Origin: Schizochytrium sp. TIO01
Taxonomy: Eukaryota > Protista > Bigyra: Labyrinthulomycetes
Reading direction: 5' to 3'
Length of the DNA: 64,000 bases
Assembly: GCA_004764695.1 (NCBI GenBank)
Contig: SMSO01000031.1
Coordinates: 906,436 to 970,435 of the forward strand
Part shown: positions 1 through 11,017 of the stretch, one piece after another
Position numbering within the stretch: the first letter of the stretch is position 1
Layout of the letters: each line of letters begins with the position of its first letter
Notes under the pieces: generated by a model
What the model was told of the DNA's origin: nothing
The model's database searches: none
Seen by the model: the letters and a program-made list of their open reading frames with translations, nothing else
Position numbers and translations under genes: made by a program

Positions 1-3000
1 AGCTATGGATGACCCAAACAATACCCGTACGAAGGGCTTCTTTGCGGGCGTCTATGCAGCTCTGAGCATCGGCTTCGGCATGATGATCATGACTACAAGT
101 TGGATGCTCTGCTTTGGTGGTGTTCGAGCATCTCGAAGCTTGCATCACTCTATGTTGACTCGGCTGCTGCGAGCACCCTTGGAATGGTTTGAGAGTAACT
201 CAAGCGGACGCATAATGTCTCGTTTCAGCGGCGATCTGTCCAAAGTCGATATGATTCTTAGTCTTACTGTAGACAACTGGTTGCAGATACTTTGTACACT
301 TTTGGTCCAGCTTGGCGTTATTTGTTATGCTGTGCCAATAGCAGCTGCTCTTGTTGTTGTAGTTGCGGTAATTTTTTATGTTGTTGTAGTTGCTGCAGAT
401 CGTTCATCTCGAGAGTCGCGTCGCATCGCCAACAGCAACCTCTCCCCACTGTTGTCGAATGCAGGCGAAGCAACTCGAGGAAGAGATGTTGCTGCTGTTA
501 TGGAGACCGGGCCGTTTTTTGAAGCTCGTCATCGCTTAGCGAGTGACGAATATGCACGAGCCAACTTTGTCGCCGGTTCCATCATCAACTGGTGTCAACT
601 GATGGCACACTATCTGTCATTTTCAGTTGCCGTATTTTCAACGCTGATGTTAGTGCTTCTTCGTAATGCGTTTGGAAACTCTGACCTGCTCGCGTTAGTC
701 ATTGTGTACTGTGTCAACCTTCCATATTTCGCTGCAATGCTTACTCAAAATACAATTCGCATGAACAGCTATTTTACCTCGTATGAGCGACTGCTCGAAT
801 ACGAGACCCTAAAAGAGGAAGATGCTCTTGATGAAAGAGCACTCGAACTCTACAATGACTATCTTGATCCCAAACCTCCTGCATCGCAATGGCCAACCAA
901 AGGTGCCATTGAATTCAGAAACGTCGAACTGCGATACAGACCCGGAGCACCACTTGTACTCAAGGGTGTGACATTTACTGTCCAAGGCGGGCAGTCGCTT
1001 GGTATTTGCGGTAGAACTGGTGCGGGGAAGAGCTCCACGATATCTTGTTTGTTTCGGCTGCGTCCCATATCAGGAGGCGCGGTTCTCGTTGACGGCAGGG
1101 ATGTTGGCACAATTGATCTCAATATTCTGAGAAATCGCATCACAATCATTCCTCAGGATCCGGTGCTGATCTCTGGTACACTAGCAACAAATCTTGATCC
1201 GTTTGGCGAGACCAGCGCTGAAGAAATGCGAGAAGCCCTCCAGATCGTAGGCCTTGGCAATCGCGTGTCTCTGGACGACCCTGTAGAGGCGTCTGGACGG
1301 AACTGGTCAGCTGGCGAGCGGCAGCTGATTTGTTTTGCTCGTGCATTGCTACGTCCGAACAAGGTTCTGGTGTTGGACGAGCCGAGTTCTGCCATTGATT
1401 TGAACACGGATGATGCAATCCACGAGATGATTCGTGAGCAGTTCTATCGTCGTCGTCGGTGCACGGTGCTGTGTATTGCACATCGGTTGCAGACGATTGC
1501 AACATATGACAGGATTGCAGTTATGCAAGATGGTGAGGTGTTGGAGTTTGGTTCTCCTATGGATTTGTTGCATGATGATAGCTCTGAGTTACATTCAATG
1601 GTATCGGCGCTTGGCCCGGCATCACAGCAGCATATTCGCGACTTGGCGATACGCTCATGGAATGAGTTGAAAGAGTAAATTGGTTCTTAAATTATGCTGT
1701 GGATTTCAATTAAAACCGAATGGAATGTAAGACTTAAGTTTTATTTTATAGAGGTGACTTGAACGAAATTTGAACACCTCAATTGAACGGCGTTATGTTA
1801 CAAGCATTACTTGAATCCGAACTTTGCCTGAGGCTTCCGTTTTAAAGTCAATTTGACATTCGGGTGTCTGATATTCCTCGGTCATACAGGTTCATGGCCG
1901 AAGACGGCGTCTTTTCTTCGAGCATAGGGTCATTGATCTACTTATTCTGCGCATGGTTCTTGCATCTCTTTGAGAAGTCTGTTGTCCCGCCTTTGTGAAT
2001 TTGTCCCTTAAGTCCTGCTAAAGGCAGTTTCCTACATCTGTACTGCAGTTGTAGGAAAGAAATTGCAAACGTTTTTAATAGTACCTACCATATTGATTTA
2101 CAGATGAAGCAATGTTGACGAGTCAGAGGCAATTTCTCAAATTCCTTTACCTTGGGTAAAACCTCGAGATAATTGAAAGCACTCATTACAGAGGAATAAA
2201 AGAGATAAAACAGGAGTTGAGATGAACAAAGTTGTCTAAATTTTCGATTTCAATTCTTATTTGACTTCAGACCGCGTCGCCTTGATGAAGATCTCGTGGT
2301 GATTTTAGGAGAAGGCTCTTTATCATATGCATCCCTAGAGGAGTTCGTATGTCAGATAGTTCTAGCAACCTTTTCGACAATGTCTTCGTATACGCTTTCT
2401 AACATTCTCTTTGAGATCGATCCCTAGCACCTTTAAATTATGTGCTTCTTCCTGGTTTTCCCCAGTTCTTCCATCGGGTATGCAAATATATATAAAAGCC
2501 TATCCAGCTCTCGGTTCTGTTGCTCCGCTCTCTGTTCTGTTGTTCTGCTCTCTGTTCAATCACAAAGATCAGAATGACCATACTGCGGGAGAGCACATCA
2601 ACTCACTGGTTGTGCGCTGTACTCACATATGATGTGAACTCCACGGTCGGAGGTGCCCTCGTTCTAGCTCACCGGTCATCAGTGCGGATTCCGTCCACAG
2701 GAATTGTTGCAATTACTTTACGTTCTGCATGGTGGTGAAACACGTCTTGTGCATGCCTGCCCTGAACCGGAGACAGTCAGCCATTCACTGAGCGCGAACA
2801 ATTGCAGCTTCCTTAGCCGTTTTCTTTAGCATAGCACGAAGTACCAAGTGAAGTATGGATCCCACAAAACGAAGCACCTCCTATTTATAGTAGTCAAGGT
2901 ACGTACATATGATGCCCAAGCACGGCATTACATTTGGTGTTGTGTTATCTGCTTTGCAAAGCCTGGGGTAGTTAGCTGTAGTGCAGAAACAACGTCCGAG

Positions 3001-6000
3001 GTCATCTTCACGGGGAGTGGCAATCATAGTCCGCTGGGAGATTAAAGAAAAGTTGAGCAATGCATGACGAACGGATTTAATTAGACTTTAGAGGGTACTT
3101 TTCTTGGCACTATTTACGAAACTGTAATATAGAAGAACAACTTGAAGATTGAAATTGTAGCCAGAATCAACCACGAAGCAAAACTCAAACTTAAGTTGGA
3201 GCCTGAAATCAAGTTCAGGTCAATATGCCGCAGCAGCCAACCTCTTTCAGAACTCTCGAAGATGAGACTGGAGACTATCCTCAAGTGCAGGAAGGAAACG
3301 AGGAAGATGTACCAAAACAACAAGAACTTGGAACTGTGACTATGGACCTCGAAGCTGGGGGTGAAAATGCTCACGTTAACCCCGAGACGAAAGTCACGCC
3401 CAAAGAACTCGCAGCAGCTGACGAGGCACTCCTCGGTAACAGCATCGACTTTGGTGAATGGGCTGATGCTAGAAAGTCGCGCATCAATGGTGCCAAACGG
3501 ACACCAAAAGACACCAGTGTTCTAGGCCGAGCTTTCATCACGTGGATGTATAAGGTTGTGTTCAAGGGATGGAGACAACCTTTGAGCAAAGACGATCTGC
3601 CTGGTCTCAACCCAGACTACTTATCAGCATCGCTTTATCCTCGATTTCATCACGAGTGGGAGAAGGTAGGTGCTGAAAAAGGTACCACACATGGCTTTCA
3701 GCGGGCTATGCTCCGAGTGCCTCAAATTCGTTTTACCATCATCCTCGGCAGTATCTTATCAGCAACTCAAGGAGTCTTGGCTACTGTTGGCAGACCATTG
3801 ATTCTTAAAACTATTGTTAGTGCTGTCGAGTCAGACGCAGACACGAAAGAGTCAATCATACTTATCGTTATCTTTGCTATTATTGTTGGTATTGAAGGAT
3901 GGGCCGGTGTCATGGGCCGCCAGCTTCTTGCCGAGGAGTTTGGAACCCAATTTCAAATCTGTGCAAGCTCTGCCGTGTACAATAAGATGCTTCGTATCGA
4001 TACACAACGCCAGCAACCTGGACAGTCTTCAGAGTCTAGTTTAATCGGCAACGATATTGTCCGTGCTTATGAAAACATCAGAATTGCAGCTCAACTTCCA
4101 ATGGCTCTTAGTAGTGTTATAGGAGGAGTCGTTGTGCTAATTGTGCTCGTTGGCAAGAGCTCTCTTATTGGCATCGGAATCATGCTTCTAATTCTCATTC
4201 TGAATATGCTCATGGGCAAAATCACTCACGGAATTGAACAGAAGAACCTCAAGGCTGCTGATGAGCGTCTGTCTATGCTATCTGCGGTCCTTGAAGGTAT
4301 TCGTGCTGTCAAGCTCTTTGGCTGGGAAGAGAAATACCGCAACAAAATGAACGAAGTTCGTGATGAAGAATGTGTTCATATCCGTAACTATCGACTCGCT
4401 CATGTCACATCGATTGCATCAGGTAGAGCAAGCCCAGTCCTATCTGCAATGGCAACTTTAGTGTTCTATGCCATGAGTAGAAGCTCCCTTGACCTTGCAG
4501 ACGCCTATGCTGCTGTAAGTGTATTTCAAGCATTGCGCCTTGGTCTGATCTTCGTTCCCCTCTGCTTGACGGCATTCCTGGCATTTGACGTGACACTAAA
4601 ACGTCTGAACGAATACTTCGGACGCCCAGATAAAGCCAAGCGGTCCTACCTGCCAAATCCAACACCTGGCAACAACGCGCCTCTGGTGGAGTTGGACCCG
4701 TGCTCCCTAGGCTGGGTATTTACCGAATCTGATGAAGGTATTATACTGCGTGATGTTCAACTCAAAGTTAACCCTGGAGAAATCGTTGCAATTGTCGGTG
4801 GTGTCGGAGAAGGCAAATCTACGTTGCTTGCGACTGTAGCACAAGCTATTCAACCGCTCCGGTGGTCCAACGACACGCATCAGTCCCCTGTGCGCACGAC
4901 AAAGAGCATTGGCTTTGCACCTCAGAAACCATTTGTTGTTTGCGGCACTCTGAAACAAAATGTACTTCTTGGACGTCCATTTGACCAGGAACGTTTTGAT
5001 AATGCCTTGTTTGCAAGTGGTTTGCACACGGACATTCCCAACTTACCTGGTGGGATCTACACGGAGATTGGCGAACGTGGCACGACTTTGTCTGGCGGTC
5101 AACAAGCGCGAATGGCAGTGGCTCGTAGTTTGTATGCTGAACCACGTCTGCTATGTTTCGACGATATTCTTGCTGCTGTAGATGCGAAGATGTGTGCTCA
5201 TATGTTTGAGCACGCGATTCTGCGCCAGGTACGTCCGTCTGCAAGTTCTGGACCAAGTAGAAGTGGGCGTGCATGTGTGGTCGCGATGAATCAGCTTGCA
5301 TTGTTGCCTCGAGTAGACCGCATTGTATATATCGGCAAAGGCAGGGTACTTGCAAGCGGGAGCTACGATGAGTTGCTGGAGAGCTGTAAGGAGTTCTCTG
5401 AGTTTGTAGAATGCACAAAGCTACTACAGGAGGAAACTGAGGAAGATGCTGAAATTGTGAAAGGCGTCTCCCATATAAAACTTGATTCAGATGTGAATAA
5501 ATGCTCGCCTGTAGAGGAGGCAGAAGATATTATTCGTGGCAGCAGTAGACACTACGGCGGGTATCCCCAACAAATGAGTAATACGACACCTGATGGTCCT
5601 ATTCAAACCATATTGGGCACAGAGAAGTTGACTCAAGGCAATGTCACTCTTGGTGTCTACAAAGCCTACGTTAAGGCTGTTGGGCCCTTGTTCATGCTCA
5701 CTGCTCTGATTCTTTGTATGTCTGGCTATGTCATGATGGCCCTCAACGACTACTGGCTCACACGCTGGTCTGAAGCTATGGATGACCCAAACAATACCCG
5801 TACGAAGGGCTTCTTTGCGGGCGTCTATGCAGCTCTGAGCATCGGCTTCGGCATGATGATCATGACTACAAGTTGGATGCTCTGCTTTGGTGGTGTTCGA
5901 GCATCTCGAAGCTTGCATCACTCTATGTTGACCCGGCTGCTGCGAGCACCCTTGGAATGGTTTGAGAGTAACTCAAGCGGACGCATAATGTCTCGTTTCA

Positions 6001-7421
6001 GCGGCGATCTGTCCAAAGTCGATATGATTCTTAGTCTTACTGTAGACAACTGGTTGCAGATACTTTGTACACTTTTGGTCCAGCTTGGCGTTATTTGTTA
6101 TGCTGTGCCAATAGCAGCAGCCTTGATTGTAGTCGTTGCAGTGTTATTTTCAATGTCAGTCGTTGCTGCAGATCGTTCATCTCGAGAGTCGCGTCGCATC
6201 GCCAACAGCAACCTCTCCCCACTGTTGTCGAATGCAGGCGAAGCAACTCGAGGAAGAGATGTTGCTGCTGTTATGGAGACCGGGCCGTTTTTTGAAGCTC
6301 GTCATCGCTTAGCGAGTGACGAATATGCACGAGCCAACTTTGTCGCCGGTTCCATCATCAACTGGTGTCAACTGATGGCACACTATCTGTCATTTTCAGT
6401 TGCCGTATTTTCAACGCTGATGTTAGTGCTTCTTCGTAATGCGTTTGGAAACTCTGACCTGCTCGCGTTAGTCATTGTGTACTGTGTCAACCTTCCATAT
6501 TTCGCTGCAATGCTTACACAGATCTCAATTCGCATGAACAGCTATTTTACCTCGTATGAGCGATTGCTCGAATACGAGACCCTAAAAGAGGAAGATGCTC
6601 TTGATGAAAGAGCACTCGAACTCTACAATGACTATCTTGATCCCAAACCTCCTGTATCGCAATGGCCAACCAAAGGTGCCATTGAATTCAGAAACGTCGA
6701 ACTGCGATACAGACCCGGAGCACCACTTGTACTCAAGGGTGTGACATTTACTGTCCAAGGCGGGCAGTCACTTGGTATTTGCGGTAGAACTGGTGCGGGA
6801 AAGAGCTCCACGATATCTTGTTTGTTTCGGCTGCGTCCCATATCAGGAGGCGCGGTTCTCGTTGACGGCAGGGATGTTGGCACAATTGATCTCAATATTC
6901 TGAGAAATCGCATCACAATCATTCCTCAGGATCCGGTGCTGATCTCTGGTACACTGGCAACAAATCTTGATCCGTTTGGCGAGACCAGCGCTGAAGAAAT
7001 GCGAGAAGCCCTCCAGATCGTAGGCCTTGGCAATCGCGTGTCTCTGGACGACCCTGTAGAGGCGTCTGGACGGAACTGGTCAGCTGGCGAGCGGCAGCTG
7101 ATTTGTTTTGCTCGTGCATTGCTACGTCCGAACAAGGTTCTGGTGTTGGACGAGCCGAGTTCTGCTATTGATTTGAACACGGATGATGCAATCCACGAGA
7201 TGATTCGTGAGCAGTTCTATCGTCGTCGTCGGTGCACGGTGCTGTGTATTGCACATCGGTTGCAGACGATTGCAACATATGACAGGATTGCAGTTATGCA
7301 AGATGGTGAGGTGTTGGAGTTTGGTTCTCCTATGGATTTGCTGCATGATGATAGTACTGAGTTACATTCAATGGTATCGGCGCTTGGCCCGGCATCACAG
7401 CAGCACATTCGTGATTTGGCA
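1..7421 (+). repeat. Tandem gene duplication (about 1-1648 matches about 5774-7421, offset 5773 bp)
   Basis: Direct comparison shows near identity except two short divergent patches and different C-terminal tails. Confidence 0.95.
2..1678 (+). CDS. ABCC/MRP-family ABC transporter, copy 1 (partial; TMD2+NBD2; 5' part lies outside the window)
   Basis: Frame open to the window edge. Walker A GRTGAGKS, Q-loop IIPQDP, degenerate signature WSAGERQ, Walker B VLVLDE, H-loop IAHRL. Near-identical to 5774-7421. Confidence 0.95.
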   Translation, partial: AMDDPNNTRTKGFFAGVYAALSIGFGMMIMTTSWMLCFGGVRASRSLHHSMLTRLLRAPLEWFESNSSGRIMSRFSGDLSKVDMILSLTVDNWLQILCTLLVQLGVICYAVPIAAALVVVVAVIFYVVVVAADRSSRESRRIANSNLSPLLSNAGEATRGRDVAAVMETGPFFEARHRLASDEYARANFVAGSIINWCQLMAHYLSFSVAVFSTLMLVLLRNAFGNSDLLALVIVYCVNLPYFAAMLTQNTIRMNSYFTSYERLLEYETLKEEDALDERALELYNDYLDPKPPASQWPTKGAIEFRNVELRYRPGAPLVLKGVTFTVQGGQSLGICGRTGAGKSSTISCLFRLRPISGGAVLVDGRDVGTIDLNILRNRITIIPQDPVLISGTLATNLDPFGETSAEEMREALQIVGLGNRVSLDDPVEASGRNWSAGERQLICFARALLRPNKVLVLDEPSSAIDLNTDDAIHEMIREQFYRRRRCTVLCIAHRLQTIATYDRIAVMQDGEVLEFGSPMDLLHDDSSELHSMVSALGPASQQHIRDLAIRSWNELKE

Positions 7422-7496
7422 GCTCGTGCTCAAAGTGAGGGTAATGTAGTCAGTAAGGACACCACTCCCGATGAACTATATGGTCCGGCGTCATAA
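3225..7496 (+). CDS. ABCC/MRP-family ABC transporter, copy 2 (full length, 1423 aa, TMD1-NBD1-TMD2-NBD2, no TMD0)
   Basis: Lasso-like motif FITWMYKVVFKGWRQPL. NBD1 has GGVGEGKS, LSGGQ and LCFDD (Asp in place of the catalytic Glu, typical of ABCC). NBD2 has GRTGAGKS, WSAGE and VLDE. Confidence 0.96.
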   Translation: MPQQPTSFRTLEDETGDYPQVQEGNEEDVPKQQELGTVTMDLEAGGENAHVNPETKVTPKELAAADEALLGNSIDFGEWADARKSRINGAKRTPKDTSVLGRAFITWMYKVVFKGWRQPLSKDDLPGLNPDYLSASLYPRFHHEWEKVGAEKGTTHGFQRAMLRVPQIRFTIILGSILSATQGVLATVGRPLILKTIVSAVESDADTKESIILIVIFAIIVGIEGWAGVMGRQLLAEEFGTQFQICASSAVYNKMLRIDTQRQQPGQSSESSLIGNDIVRAYENIRIAAQLPMALSSVIGGVVVLIVLVGKSSLIGIGIMLLILILNMLMGKITHGIEQKNLKAADERLSMLSAVLEGIRAVKLFGWEEKYRNKMNEVRDEECVHIRNYRLAHVTSIASGRASPVLSAMATLVFYAMSRSSLDLADAYAAVSVFQALRLGLIFVPLCLTAFLAFDVTLKRLNEYFGRPDKAKRSYLPNPTPGNNAPLVELDPCSLGWVFTESDEGIILRDVQLKVNPGEIVAIVGGVGEGKSTLLATVAQAIQPLRWSNDTHQSPVRTTKSIGFAPQKPFVVCGTLKQNVLLGRPFDQERFDNALFASGLHTDIPNLPGGIYTEIGERGTTLSGGQQARMAVARSLYAEPRLLCFDDILAAVDAKMCAHMFEHAILRQVRPSASSGPSRSGRACVVAMNQLALLPRVDRIVYIGKGRVLASGSYDELLESCKEFSEFVECTKLLQEETEEDAEIVKGVSHIKLDSDVNKCSPVEEAEDIIRGSSRHYGGYPQQMSNTTPDGPIQTILGTEKLTQGNVTLGVYKAYVKAVGPLFMLTALILCMSGYVMMALNDYWLTRWSEAMDDPNNTRTKGFFAGVYAALSIGFGMMIMTTSWMLCFGGVRASRSLHHSMLTRLLRAPLEWFESNSSGRIMSRFSGDLSKVDMILSLTVDNWLQILCTLLVQLGVICYAVPIAAALIVVVAVLFSMSVVAADRSSRESRRIANSNLSPLLSNAGEATRGRDVAAVMETGPFFEARHRLASDEYARANFVAGSIINWCQLMAHYLSFSVAVFSTLMLVLLRNAFGNSDLLALVIVYCVNLPYFAAMLTQISIRMNSYFTSYERLLEYETLKEEDALDERALELYNDYLDPKPPVSQWPTKGAIEFRNVELRYRPGAPLVLKGVTFTVQGGQSLGICGRTGAGKSSTISCLFRLRPISGGAVLVDGRDVGTIDLNILRNRITIIPQDPVLISGTLATNLDPFGETSAEEMREALQIVGLGNRVSLDDPVEASGRNWSAGERQLICFARALLRPNKVLVLDEPSSAIDLNTDDAIHEMIREQFYRRRRCTVLCIAHRLQTIATYDRIAVMQDGEVLEFGSPMDLLHDDSTELHSMVSALGPASQQHIRDLAARAQSEGNVVSKDTTPDELYGPAS

Positions 7497-7522
7497 ATTT
7501 ATTACACAGACTCTAGAATAAA

Positions 7523-7618
7523 CTATGAATGTCAAACTTTCGTATGTTTTTTGTTTTTTTCCAGCGACCTGAAGTCTTTGAAACAAATTGGACAAGAAAG
7601 CAAGTATTCTAAGCGTTT
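7523..7618 (-). pseudogene. Degenerate C2H2 zinc-finger coding relic
   Basis: Manual translation KRLEYLLSCPICFKDFRSLEKNKKHTKV*HS* fits C-x2-C-x3-F-x8-H-x4-H, with TGA (7534-7532) before the last His. Confidence 0.4.
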
Positions 7619-8649
7619 TAGAGATATCACAGTTTCCAGGGGATTCAGATGAATGGTTATGCATATACAAAAGTTCGGATATTTCCATATTTTGTACTAT
7701 CATGCTGGTGAAGACCAGCTTAATTAAAATTGGAACAACCAAATATTTTCATTTCTCCATTCTCAAGCGGGATTAAGCGTTGAATGCATGGCAAAGGTTA
7801 ACTTTCTAGAAAATAAGGGATCCAATAATATTTCTCTTGGTGTTGAAGACTTGAATGAGTGCAAGGTTAACAAGAAAAGCATTCTAGCATGATCAGAACC
7901 TGGTGGAGCGAGTGGGGAGACTGGTTGTAGCAAACTAACAAGGAGCACAAGTTCTGGGAAAGGCGGTAAGAACAAGGATTGGGAAAGGTGTGAGCTATAC
8001 ATAGGTTAAGGGAGGAGAAAGTTGAAAGTGGAGAAGCTTTGTGATTCTGATGCGCTTCTTGCACTCTTTGCGGCCCACTGTTTTCCCATCTCTCTCAATC
8101 CGCAGATCTTTCGGAGCAGACTTGAACCTATTATGGCACTATATGCAATTTTCGCATGCGAGGTGTATCTAGCGTTTTCACGCCGCCGCAGAAACTGCGA
8201 TTGTGCGTGCTTCGCGCACAAAGAAAAACGAGAGTGAGAGAAGGGGTGAGTAAGAGTTAGGTAATCTAAATTTGTGCTTTGTTTTTTCATATGCTGTCGC
8301 CAGCAACGGCGGCGACTTGCGCTATTGATGTGGTGCTGTTGGCTGTTGCTGCCTTAAACAAGAGAGGAATCTTCTTCTGGAGGATGGACGGACGTGCGAA
8401 TGTGCTCAGCACAAACGCGATCTTCAAGGACGACGAATGCATACACGACTTCGACCTCATGCTCGCCTGAGGCTAAATGGAATACTCAGGCTGTAAGCCA
8501 GAGCGTTTATATGCGAATGAGTTTGCATGCATCATAGATATTCATGAATACAACTGCAAAAGATTCGCATAACTGGTGCCTAAAAGTGCAAAATTTGCGG
8601 GGGATTGAGCGAGACTTGAGGAGCGAAGATATTGCAGCAGGAGGTGCGT

Positions 8650-8955
8650 CTACTCGTCCTTCTTGGTGTACAGAGCTCCGTGGTCTTTTGCGCGCCACGT
8701 GGACATGTACTGCTCCCTGATCTCCTTGCAGTCCTCGTAGTGGTTCACGCCGGCCTCGAAGTAGCAGTCGTTGAGGCGATTTCTCAACACGTTCAGGTAC
8801 TCCGTGGCGATCACAAGCTCACGGGCACGCTGCACGCGGGCCTCGTAGTTCTTGTGGGGCTCCTTGAAGCGCTCCGTGAGGCCATCCTCGTTCACGGCAA
8901 AGTCCTCGACGGCCTTGAACCTGCAGTTCGTGCGCGGGGCGAATCCTTCTGCCAT
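8650..8955 (-). CDS. NDUFB10: NADH:ubiquinone oxidoreductase subunit B10 (PDSW)-like
   Basis: Motif ARE..IATEYLNVLRNRLNDCYFEAGVNHYEDCKEIREQY (C..GVNH...C). Strong C/G-ending codon bias. Confidence 0.85.
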   Translation of the reverse strand: MAEGFAPRTNCRFKAVEDFAVNEDGLTERFKEPHKNYEARVQRARELVIATEYLNVLRNRLNDCYFEAGVNHYEDCKEIREQYMSTWRAKDHGALYTKKDE

Positions 8956-9619
8956 CTTTGCTAACTAAGCTTCTTCTTCGACTTTTCCTTCGCAACCACC
9001 GACCGGATGTTCTTCCCGCACAGCAGCACAAGCGACACGAGAGCGGCGGTGGACCGTAGCGACCTGCGAGACCTCTCCTTCTCGACGCGGCGACTTAATC
9101 TAATCTGCTGCTGCAATCGCTTCTCCTCGCTCTTATTAATTCCCTCATTCACTCATTCATTCACCCATTTATCCTTCTTATAATACTATCACTATTTCAT
9201 TTATTATTTATTATTCATTATTTTTATCATCATCATTATCATTATTATATGTTTTTCTTACGTTCTTTCACTCATTACTCACTCATTACGCATTCGCGCA
9301 TTCATTCATCTCTTTACTTACCTCTCCATATCATCATCAATAGCACTCACTATGCATTCTTAACTCATCTCATGATCGCTGTCCTTCTCAAGTTAGTTAG
9401 TGAGTTAGTTAGTAATTAGTCCTCTCCTTCTGCAAATATTCTGCAAAAGCACGGCTTCTGCAGGCAGACAGCCTCCTGGCTGACTTCGAGCCCCTCCACT
9501 CCTCGCCCAGACGTCCTCCTCAGCACAGCCGGCGAAGGAAGCGCCTCCGCGTAGGATGTCTTTCTTGAGAAGCATCGATTTGGCAGCAGCGATTCCTTTA
9601 ATTAGCAGCAATAGAGGCG

Positions 9620-9751
9620 CTCATTCATTGATTCATTGATTCATTGATTCATTCACTCATTCACTCATTCACTCATCTTAGCAATCGCAGGAAGGACAGA
9701 GAAACAACGAAGTCTCTCTGAGCTGAGCAGAGCTGAGCAGAGCTGAGCAGA
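9620..9751. repeat. Simple repeats (CATT/GATT/CACT tetramers, then GAGCTGAGCA about x3)
   Basis: Read directly from the sequence. Confidence 0.85.
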
Positions 9752-11017
9752 GATGCTTTCTTTGCTGTGCCTGACGTGCTTCGCGTGAGGAGGCAGAGCG
9801 AGGATTGATTGATTGATTGATTGACTGATTAGGTGGTCGCGACGCTAAGACCTGCTACTGATCGCCTAGTCGAGTCCCTTAGAAGCGCTTAGTGCTTCTT
9901 CTCCTCTCCACTTAGGCTGGGCGGTAGATATAGGCTGCATGCATTGCATCTCTTCTCCTCCTTCACGGTGCTCACCTGCAGAGGAGGACCCGTTGCCTAT
10001 TGCCCTGGCCGTTTCCTGCGTCTATGGCGAGCTCTGCTCTCGCGAGAACATCAGTTTTCATTCATTCATTCATTCATTCGTTCATTCACCTTGGTCTCCT
10101 CGCCTGCTCCTAGCAAACCTTAGGAAACCCCTAGGGGGGTCTAGCCTGGGGGTGCTAGAGACGGGTAGGTGAGTCCTAACTGGCGGCACCCTGCAGCAGC
10201 AGCAGCAGCGGCAGGCCGGTTAGGGTTGGCCAAACCTAACCTGGAATCTAACCCAACCCTAGAATAACCTAACCGAGAAGAACTCGAAGGGTGGAAAAAT
10301 ATGAAAGCTTAGTTAATGGGCGCCAGTTAGGCTCTTGGAAATAGAAGGGCGTTGCTGATGAAGGTTTTCGATCATGAGGACCAAGGTGAAAGTGTTTGGT
10401 ACCCAGGTGCAGTCAAGGTTGCAAAGTCGCGAAGCGGTTCTGTGGAGGGTTGTTGTGCTGGTAAGAAGGTACTACGCATGTACGTGCAATAATTCACCTT
10501 GAGAATAATGCTGCATAAATTGCTGTTTGCGGAATGTATGAGCTTTTGATGTTGTATGTTATATATGAGGCATCATCAGCTAACGAATGCGAGTGGGAAA
10601 GCATCTAACATCTCATCCTAACTTCCCGCTCACATAGTATCCCATAGCTAAGTATTTCATCAATTTCTGTATCGAATCCATTTCATAGAAGAGAACCAAC
10701 GCAACTGAAGCTGCCAAATGATGATACAATGCCCTCGATCACCTCCACATGTCAAGCCTCACGCTCTCCAGGCAAGTCTTTCCAACAAAAGTTCAAGATC
10801 TCCTCCCTATTTTTCCCTTCTCTGAAGAAAAAAATGAAACATTCGACTTGAAGAAGTTAGGCAACGACGATTCAAAGTCAAAAGCCAAAGTCAAAAGCCA
10901 AAGCCAACGGTAAAGACGCCAAGGGATTCTTTCGCTGGCCTCTGGAGGTTCCGGCGGCCTCCTTCAGATCTCCGCGGTTTATAACAAACCCGGGGTTAGC
11001 GACGTTTGACGCAAAAT

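Noticed and set aside
1800-2900. Possible decayed gene between the ABCC copies (similar hints at about 55400-55970 and 61900-62300)
   Set aside because: Only short protein-like fragments with no identifiable motif.
10246-10275. Telomerase RNA template or true interstitial telomere
   Set aside because: The repeats are degenerate and few, with no exact 1.5-unit template.
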